A stretch of 25,117 nt of DNA from the IMG/VR virus record IMGVR_UViG_3300034788_000938, positions 1 through 25,117 of that record; one strand, 5' to 3'. Under the pieces are notes generated by a model. The model was given only the letters and a program-made list of their open reading frames with translations, did no database searches and had not been told where the DNA came from. Of the stretch, positions 15,854 to 23,561 are shown in pieces (the stretch's first letter is position 1; every line of letters begins with the position of its first letter). Source of the DNA: a virus. Lineage: Duplodnaviria > Caudoviricetes. Both the position numbers and the translations under genes were made by a program.

Positions 15854-18472
15854 ATGGCGAATATTAAGAAGAGTTTCAATTTTAGGAATGGTGTTCAGGT
15901 TGATGAAGACAACCTGTTAGTAACCTCTACTGGATTGGTTGCAATAGGAAAAACTGTTCCTACTGAAGCACTTGATGTTGAAGGTAATTTAATTGTATCT
16001 GGAATATCAAGTTTTCCTAATGCTCAATCAGGTGTATTAACAGTAACAACTTTCAATCCAACAGAAATTATTGGTGCGGGTGTAAGTATAAAAAGTGGTG
16101 TAGTTACTAGCACAGGTGGTGGAGGAATTGTTACATTTTATGGTGATGGTCAATATTTACAAAATCTTCCTAGCACACAATTTGTAAGTTCAAATACTGG
16201 TATTGCTCTTACGTCACAAAATTGTGGAATTGGAACAACAAACGCTACAAGCACCTTGCAAGTTGGAGGTTTCCCACCTTCACATATGGGTGTAGGTATT
16301 AGTTCTGTAGGTAATATTCACGCATCAGGTATTATAACAGCAACAACTTTTGTTGGTTCATTTAATGGTAATGTCACCACCGCTACTCTGGCAGATGCAG
16401 CAGTTAAATTACAAACTGCAAGAAATATAGGTGGATTGCCTTTTGATGGAACTGCTAATATTGATCTTCCAGGTGTCAATATAGCTGGTAATCAAAATAC
16501 CTCTGGAAACGCAAGTGGTTTACAAAATCTTCCTAATATAACAATAACGACTCTCTCAGCTCTTGGAAATGCTGGTGTAGATGGAAATTTAAATGTACTT
16601 GGCAACACGACTCTTGGTAATAATTCATCAGATAATTTAACTGTCCCCGCAACATCCACATTTAATTCTACTATAACTGGTGTATCTGGAGAAAACAAAA
16701 TACCATCATTATATTCTAATATGGGTGCCTTGCCCAATGCTAGTACATATCATGGTATGTTTGCTCACGTTCATTCAACTGGTAGAGGTTACTTCTCACA
16801 CGCAGGTGGATGGTATGAAATAGTTAATAAAGAAACAGATGGTAGAGTTGGAACAGGTACGGAAGTTTATAATGTTGGAGATATAGATTCATCAGGAACT
16901 ATAACCGCAGTATCTAAACTTGGAGTAGGAGTTGCAAATCCAGTTAGTGATATACATTTAAGAAAAACAGGAGACACTGAATTACAAATAACAAGCGACA
17001 CAGGAACAGCTGGTATCACTGTTGGTAGAGAAAGTGGTGTAAGCAACACTAATAATGCAGAAATAAGATATGGTCAGGATATTGGTGCAAATTATAGTTC
17101 AGCACAGTCATTTGATTTAATTAATTATGGAACAGGTAATTTTAATTATCATCTAAGTGCAGCAAATGCTAATAATGTTGAGGGTAATTTCTTCTGGCAT
17201 AGGGGTATTAATAATGATCGTTTAATGACCTTAACTGGTATTGGAGGTTCACTAGGTATTGGATTGACAGTCCCTTCAAAAAAATTAGATGTTTTTGGTA
17301 GTGCTAATATTTCAAGTAATCTTGATGTTGGTGGTAATCTTGATGTCACAGGATCATTTACAACAGGAACATTGAATGTAGCAACTGTTATTGGTGATTT
17401 GCAAGGAAATGTAACTGGAAATTTAACTGGATTAATTAATTCACCTAGTACAGGTATTTCAACAATACCAAAATTAACTTCCACTGGAATTGGTATAGGA
17501 GTTACTGATAGTGGAAAAGCACTTAATATCAACACTAACATAGAAAGTAAAGTTTTAGTAACTACGGATGGAAGAGTTGCGATTGGAACTGATGTCTTTT
17601 CAAATAGTTCAGTAAATGTTGAATTAAAATCTGATGTATTTGTCCATAATTCAATTTCAGTCGGTAATACAGCACAATGTGCAGTTGATTTCTCTGATGT
17701 AGTAAACATCCCAGATGATACAGGTGTCAGACCAAAAATGGCATATATGGTTCCACCTGTAGTAACAACATCTCAAAGAAATGTATTTTCAAATGCACAC
17801 ACTACTGGAGCTGGTAGCACAGCAACAGGTGCTTTCATTTACAATAGTACAATCAATAAGTTAGAGGTATATGATGGAGCTAGTTGGACACCTCTTGAAG
17901 CAAATAGTGGTGGAGGAGAAGTAAACCAAAACGCATTTTCTAATATTTCTGTTAGTGGTCAAAACACTGTACAGGCAGACTCAAAAACTGACACTGTAAC
18001 TTTTGTTGGTGGTACTGGCATGACTATCACAACAAATTCAACTGGAGATGAGGTAACATTTACATCATCTGGTGGAGGTGGTGGTAGTAGTCTTCAATCA
18101 AGAACCACTGATACAGCAACCACTGGATCTTTAGCACCTGGAGCTGCAACTAATTTAAATATGACGACAGCGAAATCATATGTTTTACAAAAAATTACAA
18201 CAAATTATGCTGCGTGGGTAACTGTATATACGGATGTAGGTTCTAGATCTGCTGACGCAAGTAGAGCAGAAACCACTGATCCATTACCAGGTTCTGGTGT
18301 TATTGCTGAAGTAATTACAAATGGTCCTACAACACAAATATTATCACCTGGTGTAATTGGATGGAATAATGACGCTTCTCCTTCAACTAATACTTATCTT
18401 AAAGTCGTAAATAAAGAGAGTAGTTCATATCCAATTACAATAATTTTAGATTACCTCAAGTTGGAGGATTAA
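15854..18472 (+). CDS. Tail fibre protein (872 aa)
   Basis: Repeated [V/L]GIGT-like fibre motifs and KLQTARNIGGLPFDGTANIDLPGVN, a widespread long-tail-fibre segment. A poly-Gly linker precedes a discrete ~125-aa C-terminal domain (18092-18472). No S74 domain. Confidence 0.82.
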   Translation: MANIKKSFNFRNGVQVDEDNLLVTSTGLVAIGKTVPTEALDVEGNLIVSGISSFPNAQSGVLTVTTFNPTEIIGAGVSIKSGVVTSTGGGGIVTFYGDGQYLQNLPSTQFVSSNTGIALTSQNCGIGTTNATSTLQVGGFPPSHMGVGISSVGNIHASGIITATTFVGSFNGNVTTATLADAAVKLQTARNIGGLPFDGTANIDLPGVNIAGNQNTSGNASGLQNLPNITITTLSALGNAGVDGNLNVLGNTTLGNNSSDNLTVPATSTFNSTITGVSGENKIPSLYSNMGALPNASTYHGMFAHVHSTGRGYFSHAGGWYEIVNKETDGRVGTGTEVYNVGDIDSSGTITAVSKLGVGVANPVSDIHLRKTGDTELQITSDTGTAGITVGRESGVSNTNNAEIRYGQDIGANYSSAQSFDLINYGTGNFNYHLSAANANNVEGNFFWHRGINNDRLMTLTGIGGSLGIGLTVPSKKLDVFGSANISSNLDVGGNLDVTGSFTTGTLNVATVIGDLQGNVTGNLTGLINSPSTGISTIPKLTSTGIGIGVTDSGKALNINTNIESKVLVTTDGRVAIGTDVFSNSSVNVELKSDVFVHNSISVGNTAQCAVDFSDVVNIPDDTGVRPKMAYMVPPVVTTSQRNVFSNAHTTGAGSTATGAFIYNSTINKLEVYDGASWTPLEANSGGGEVNQNAFSNISVSGQNTVQADSKTDTVTFVGGTGMTITTNSTGDEVTFTSSGGGGGSSLQSRTTDTATTGSLAPGAATNLNMTTAKSYVLQKITTNYAAWVTVYTDVGSRSADASRAETTDPLPGSGVIAEVITNGPTTQILSPGVIGWNNDASPSTNTYLKVVNKESSSYPITIILDYLKLED

Positions 18473-20142
18473 TGAAAGAATATATTGTTACTTGTAAGAA
18501 TTTTGAAGATCTTCAAAGTCTCTACGATGATATGGAGACACCAGGTGGAAATCTTTATATTCCTGATAGGGCAGTAGAATTAGTACAAAGAAGAAATATT
18601 AGTCGAAATACACATTATATGCTCACTGAAGCAGAAGCAAATGAGGTTAGTCAAGATAGTAGGGTGCTTGCCTGTGAGTTGAATCCATTAGACCAAGGTA
18701 TTGAATTTGCACCACATTGGACACAAACTGGTGATTTTGAAAAAACTACAGGAACTCTTGAAACTGATGATAAAAACTGGGGTCTCTATAGAATGATAAA
18801 AGGAGATTCTGTATCAAGTTGGGGGAGTGATTCAACAACAGAGATATCAAATCAAACTATTAATACAACCTCATCAGGAAAAAATGTTGATGTCGTAATC
18901 GCTGACAGTCATGTAAATCCAAATCATCCTGAGTTTGCTGTTAATCCTGATGGAACTGGTGGTAGTAGAGTAAATCAATTTAATTGGTATCAATATAGCT
19001 CTGCTTTAGGATACTCTGGAACTCCTGCAACATATACGTATAGCACCTCTGGTGCATCTCCAAATGAAAATCATGGCACTCACGTTGCAGGAACCGCATG
19101 TGGTAATACACAAGGATGGGCAAGAGACGCAAATATCTATAATATTGCATTTTCAGGCACTCTCTCTGGTTACGGGGGAAATAGTTGGGCTCAATATATG
19201 TGGGATTACGTTCGTTATTTTCATAAAAACAAACCTATTAATACAACCACAGGAAGAAGAAATCCAACTGTAATGAATAATAGTTGGGGATCCTCTTATG
19301 GTCAAATAAGTCTTTCATTATTTGATGGTGTAAGTTATCGAGGTACATTTACTGATATGTCTTCGATGTCAACCACAGAGAAAAGAACAACTTTAGAGGC
19401 AAATGGTAATCCTTGTCCATTTGGAAGTATTCTTTATAGACCACCCGCCAGAAATGCAGCAATAGATGCTGATCTACAAGATGCCATAAATGATGGAGTC
19501 ATTGTTATAGCATCTGCTGGAAATAGTTATTGGAATTGTGAAATTTCAACAGGTCAGGATTATAATAATTATCTGACATATAATTCAGGTTTAAGTACAA
19601 TATATTTTACAAGAGGTTCATCACCTGGCTCAGCAGATAATGTCATATGTGTAGGATCAATTGGTTCTAAAGTTGCAGAATATAAATCTAATTTTAGTAA
19701 TTGGGGTAGTCGTGTTGATATTTGGGCACCTGGAAGTGATATTATTTCTGCTGTTTTTGATCAGGCGAGTGCTACCGCTGAAGGATATGGTTCTACGCCA
19801 CAAGATCCTAGAAATAGTTCTTATCACTTAGCATCTATTAGTGGCACGAGTATGGCAGGTCCTCAAGTTGCTGGCATAATCGCTTGTCTTGTAGAACAAG
19901 AACCGAATCTAACTCAAGCAGAAGCACTACAACATTTGATTGAAAACTCTTTGACAGAAGTTGGATCACAAGGATTACCAGAACAATCACCATATGAGGG
20001 ATTTGGTGATAGTCTTAATCGTTATGCCTTTATCCCTAAGAAAAGACCAGATAATGGTATGGCAAGTCCAGCTCAACTACATAAGAATAGAAATACCTCT
20101 ACAATTAAATATCCTAGAGTTAGGTATCAAACAACCTCTTAA
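18472..20142 (+). CDS. Subtilisin-like serine protease (peptidase S8) with an I9-like propeptide
   Basis: Catalytic motifs VDVVIAD(145)S, NH(201)GTHVAGT, SAGN(351) and SGTS(460)MAGPQVAG, plus FSNWGSRVDIWAPG. The N-terminal YIV...LTEAEANEVSQDSRVLACE resembles an I9 prodomain. TAATG stop/start overlap with the fibre gene. Confidence 0.93.
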   Translation: MKEYIVTCKNFEDLQSLYDDMETPGGNLYIPDRAVELVQRRNISRNTHYMLTEAEANEVSQDSRVLACELNPLDQGIEFAPHWTQTGDFEKTTGTLETDDKNWGLYRMIKGDSVSSWGSDSTTEISNQTINTTSSGKNVDVVIADSHVNPNHPEFAVNPDGTGGSRVNQFNWYQYSSALGYSGTPATYTYSTSGASPNENHGTHVAGTACGNTQGWARDANIYNIAFSGTLSGYGGNSWAQYMWDYVRYFHKNKPINTTTGRRNPTVMNNSWGSSYGQISLSLFDGVSYRGTFTDMSSMSTTEKRTTLEANGNPCPFGSILYRPPARNAAIDADLQDAINDGVIVIASAGNSYWNCEISTGQDYNNYLTYNSGLSTIYFTRGSSPGSADNVICVGSIGSKVAEYKSNFSNWGSRVDIWAPGSDIISAVFDQASATAEGYGSTPQDPRNSSYHLASISGTSMAGPQVAGIIACLVEQEPNLTQAEALQHLIENSLTEVGSQGLPEQSPYEGFGDSLNRYAFIPKKRPDNGMASPAQLHKNRNTSTIKYPRVRYQTTS

Positions 20143-20145
20143 GAC

Positions 20146-21126
20146 ATGGCAATTAATAAAACATCACCACAACAATTAAGTTTTCAAAATGATATTGAAG
20201 CAGAATTTGGAAACAATCCATCAAGAAGTTTAGGTAGTTATAGAAACACTCATCCTGATTTTGGAAATAAAAATCTTGGTGAATTATCAGATTTGCCACT
20301 TGATACTGGTATTCCTAAATCTGGAACTATAAAATTCAGTGATTTTTATGGTAAACAATTAAATATAGTAGTAGATTTGCATTCAAGTGGTAATACAGAT
20401 TATAATTTAGATGTATACGCTAATAGATTTGCAAACGGTAATTATAATATAGTTGGTAGCTATAAAAATAGTATTAATAAAAATGGATGGCGTGGTGGTA
20501 AGAAGGTTATAATTCATATTAATAAGACATTTGGTTCTGCAGGTGCTAGTAGTCAATCTCATGTTGCAGTTAAAACAGGTAATACAAATAATAATAACTC
20601 TCAAGCTGGTTGGCCAAGTGCAACAACTTTTTCCATAGATGTTGGTTCACAGGGTGTTGTTGCTGGTAAGGGTGGTAATGGTGGTGGCACTGGAAATGAA
20701 GAAACTCCTGGAGCAAACGGTGGTGTTGGATCGAGTGCTATGAAATTAATATCTGGTATGCAAAATGTTATTTCTATCGCTAGTGGTGGTGCAATAATCG
20801 CTGGTGGTGGAGGTGGTGGTTCAGGTTCTGGATCAGAGCAAAATGACAGTTTTGCTTGGTTTAGTGACTATAACTCTGCTACTGGTGGAGGTGGCGGTGG
20901 CGGTGCTGGTATACCCGCTGGTTCTGGTGGTGGTAATGGTAGCAATGGAAATCAAAATGCTGGTGGTCCTGGCGGTCTTGGAGGAGATGATTCAGAAGCA
21001 GAAGGTGGAAATGGTGGAGCAGGTGGAGATCCTGGAGCATCTGGTGGAAATGCTACTGGTGGTAAAAGTCTAGCAGGTGCTAATGGTTCGGGTGCTGCAG
21101 GTGGTTCACAATATCTTTTTTATTAA
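20146..21126 (+). CDS. Glycine-rich fibre-tip adhesin-like protein (T-even gp38-like)
   Basis: N-terminal IPKSGTIKFSDFYG motif. The C-terminal GVVAGKGGNGG...GGAIIAGGGGGG...GGGGGGGAG loops parallel the polyglycine motifs of T2/T6-type gp38. Confidence 0.65.
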   Translation: MAINKTSPQQLSFQNDIEAEFGNNPSRSLGSYRNTHPDFGNKNLGELSDLPLDTGIPKSGTIKFSDFYGKQLNIVVDLHSSGNTDYNLDVYANRFANGNYNIVGSYKNSINKNGWRGGKKVIIHINKTFGSAGASSQSHVAVKTGNTNNNNSQAGWPSATTFSIDVGSQGVVAGKGGNGGGTGNEETPGANGGVGSSAMKLISGMQNVISIASGGAIIAGGGGGGSGSGSEQNDSFAWFSDYNSATGGGGGGGAGIPAGSGGGNGSNGNQNAGGPGGLGGDDSEAEGGNGGAGGDPGASGGNATGGKSLAGANGSGAAGGSQYLFY

Positions 21127-21728
21127 TCTTTGTAATCAATAGGACAAGAATAAACTATTTTTTCTGTAAATATATGCCATCCAGTTGCGATGTATTTTAC
21201 ATGGGTGTCACTTATCTGTCCTTTGTGTCCATGAGTCCAATATGCTGGCCATAAAACCAATCTACCTTGTATTGCATTTGTTCCAATTTCATAAGATGGA
21301 AAAAGAGTTCCTCCATTAGGAACTGTATTAAGATAGAACATCCAAACGAGAACACGACTAGAGGTCATAACACTTGCAACTTCACAGTGGTGACTAAAAT
21401 ATCCCTGATTTGGTTCATATTTTTGTATGTTGTATGAATTCATACATGCCCAAGGATAAATTAAATTAGTTAAATCTGGATATTGTTTTTTATATAAATC
21501 TACATGAAAATTTAATGATTTGCTTAATATACTTGATGTAATTGATTTATCATTCATAGCATAACCAAGATCAGTAGAATCTTTTACTTCTGGTTGCACT
21601 TCATAATTACCACTTTTACCTCTTACATGTTTATTTTTATTTGATTCAAACTCATCTATGATTAATTTACACTCATTTTTAGTAAGAGCATTGTCATATA
21701 CTGAAATAAAATTAGGAAATTCCTTCAT
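21123..21728 (-). CDS. 2OG-Fe(II) oxygenase (prolyl-4-hydroxylase-like fold), H-x-E subtype
   Basis: IQKY...GYFSHHCE, WMFYLN...GGTLF, LVLWPAYWTHGHKG, KYIATGW. Confidence 0.88.
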   Translation of the reverse strand: MKEFPNFISVYDNALTKNECKLIIDEFESNKNKHVRGKSGNYEVQPEVKDSTDLGYAMNDKSITSSILSKSLNFHVDLYKKQYPDLTNLIYPWACMNSYNIQKYEPNQGYFSHHCEVASVMTSSRVLVWMFYLNTVPNGGTLFPSYEIGTNAIQGRLVLWPAYWTHGHKGQISDTHVKYIATGWHIFTEKIVYSCPIDYKD

Positions 21729-22375
21729 TTTTTATTATCTCTGCAACTAAAAAAAGAAGTGATAGCATATCTTCCCCAACCATCGTAGTAATCAGAGTCT
21801 TTTATTTTAACTTTACGAACTCCGTGTTCTACCCAACCAGGAAAAATAACCATTGAATTATTGGTGCATGGTAATTTGAAATCATATTTTGGAAATTCTA
21901 AATCCCCACCAACAAATTTTTTAGGTTCTCTGTAAAAGTAGGAGAAAGCAAGAAACATTGTGCTTTTATCTGTATGAGGATCGTAGTATTCGCCATCGTG
22001 GTAGTATCTAACTTTAGTGATATCATGATTTGTTTTATTCGCAATACTTACGCAACCATGAATATTCGCAAAAGTGTCTAAAACACCACATTCAAACAAT
22101 TTTCGATTGACTGTTAATATATTGGATATATTTCTATAGTCTACACCTTTTTCATTACTTTCATAATTTCTATACAAATCATCCAATATGAGAGCTTTTG
22201 CATTTGTATAACCAACGACACCCCCATAATTTTCAGCAGATACTAATTTATTAGGAGCAGTATAAAAATCTAATTCTTTCCAAATCAAATCTAATTCTTG
22301 CTGATTATAAAAGTTATTGACAACCATTAGTGGAAATGGTTCGCAATATATTTCTGCTTCAAGTTGTTCTTTCAT
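21725..22375 (-). CDS. 2OG-Fe(II) oxygenase, H-x-D subtype
   Basis: RYYHDGEYYDPHTD, FVGGDLEF, MVIFPGWVEHGV, GRYAITSF. ATGA overlap with the downstream gene. Confidence 0.9.
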   Translation of the reverse strand: MKEQLEAEIYCEPFPLMVVNNFYNQQELDLIWKELDFYTAPNKLVSAENYGGVVGYTNAKALILDDLYRNYESNEKGVDYRNISNILTVNRKLFECGVLDTFANIHGCVSIANKTNHDITKVRYYHDGEYYDPHTDKSTMFLAFSYFYREPKKFVGGDLEFPKYDFKLPCTNNSMVIFPGWVEHGVRKVKIKDSDYYDGWGRYAITSFFSCRDNKK

Positions 22376-22962
22376 TAGTTTTCACTTTGTATCCAACCCC
22401 AAGAGGTAACTAGATATTTGTCTCCATCAATTGGTGGATTACCTCTATGAACGTGAGTATATTGACAGGGAAAAATTAAAACATCGCCAGCAACTGCTTT
22501 CTCTCTCTTATTTTGATACAAAAATTCTGTTTCACCACCATCAAAATCGTCATTGAGATAAATTTGAACTACAAATGTTCTCCTTGCATCTGAGACATTT
22601 CCATTTTCGTAGTGCCAAGCGTGAAATCCAGCACCACACATAATTTTTTTTACTTTACAATCGTGTATGATAAATTTTCTTGAACCTAGAAGTGGAAATT
22701 GTTCGAGATATTTATCAACACAAGGTTGAATTTTTGGAAACATTTTTTTCGTAACCTTGTGAACTGTGGGTAAAGTCACTCCATCATCAACCATTAAGTT
22801 GTTCGCATCTTGATCTTGAAAAGGTCGATTATTTAAATTTTGAGGGAAAAGTAAACTATTCTCGTCAAAAAAATCAATTAATTCAATTATTTCTCTACAT
22901 TCTTGTCTTGAAAAAATATTTTTATATCTTATAATAAAATCAGTAACTCTATTATTTTCCAT
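22375..22962 (-). CDS. 2OG-Fe(II) oxygenase, H-x-E subtype
   Basis: GFHAWHYE, IYLNDDFDGGETEF, VLIFPCQYTHVHRGNPP, KYLVTSW. ATG at 22962 is preferred over the TTG at 22968. TAATG overlap with the next gene. Confidence 0.9.
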   Translation of the reverse strand: MENNRVTDFIIRYKNIFSRQECREIIELIDFFDENSLLFPQNLNNRPFQDQDANNLMVDDGVTLPTVHKVTKKMFPKIQPCVDKYLEQFPLLGSRKFIIHDCKVKKIMCGAGFHAWHYENGNVSDARRTFVVQIYLNDDFDGGETEFLYQNKREKAVAGDVLIFPCQYTHVHRGNPPIDGDKYLVTSWGWIQSEN

Positions 22963-22982
22963 GTACAAAAAGTCAATAATAT

Positions 22983-23011
22983 ATTATATTCTATATAGTT
23001 GAACTTGTCAA
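22983..23011 (-). promoter_or_regulatory. Perfect-consensus sigma70 promoter for the leftward oxygenase operon
   Basis: Minus strand TTGACA (23011-23006), 17-nt spacer, TATAAT (22988-22983). Confidence 0.85.
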
Positions 23012-23033
23012 GAGTCTATATTTCTGCTATTAT
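23005..23033 (+). promoter_or_regulatory. Sigma70 promoter for the rightward oxygenase-halogenase operon
   Basis: TTGTCA (23005-23010), 17-nt spacer, TATTAT (23028-23033) with an extended -10 TG at 23025-23026. Confidence 0.72.
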
Positions 23034-23039
23034 ATTAAT

Positions 23040-23561
23040 ATGAGTAGAATCTTAATTTTAGATAATTTTTTTGATAATGCAGAAGATTTGAGAGAATTTG
23101 CATTGTCATCTAGATTTTTTAGTCATGAAGAAATGAGTCATAAAGTAGGCTGGAGAGGATTTAGAACGGATGAGTTAAGTAGTTCAAGTAACTATTTAAT
23201 TTTTAGAACTTGCCAAAAAATTAAACAAAAGGTGAGTGAGTTTTATAATTATGATACATATGCAGACAAGTATTATTTTTATTTCCATATATCAATTGAT
23301 GATACAAAAAACTCTTTACCAAATTTTCATGTAAATAAATTTCACACTGATGATTCTAAATTTGCAGGTATTGTTTATTTGAATCCAAATGCTCCAAATA
23401 AAACTGGAACTACAATTATTGTTAATGAACATAGCAATGATATAGATAATAAATTTAATAGGTTAGTAGCATATCCGTCTTGTTACACACATGCACCGAC
23501 AGATTTATTTGGAGATACACTTAAAACAGGTCGATTAACACTCTCTTTTTTTATTAAATGA
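23040..23561 (+). CDS. 2OG-Fe(II) oxygenase-like protein (DUF6445-like)
   Basis: ILDNFFDN...R..AL...WRGFRT, FHTD, AGIVYLNPNAP..TGT, NKFNRLVAYP...H, RLTLSFF. This gives an H-x-D...H...R ligand set. Confidence 0.8.
   Translation: MSRILILDNFFDNAEDLREFALSSRFFSHEEMSHKVGWRGFRTDELSSSSNYLIFRTCQKIKQKVSEFYNYDTYADKYYFYFHISIDDTKNSLPNFHVNKFHTDDSKFAGIVYLNPNAPNKTGTTIIVNEHSNDIDNKFNRLVAYPSCYTHAPTDLFGDTLKTGRLTLSFFIK

Noticed and set aside
10066-17709. Many 60-186 aa antisense or alternate-frame ORFs within the large structural genes
   Set aside because: They are expected mirror ORFs from codon bias, all nested in well-supported CDSs and without motifs.
18407-20111. GTAAATA (18407-18413) and TTAAATA (20105-20111) as internal late promoters for the protease and adhesin
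   Set aside because: Degenerate matches inside AT-rich coding DNA cannot be told from chance, and both genes are tightly coupled to their upstream genes.
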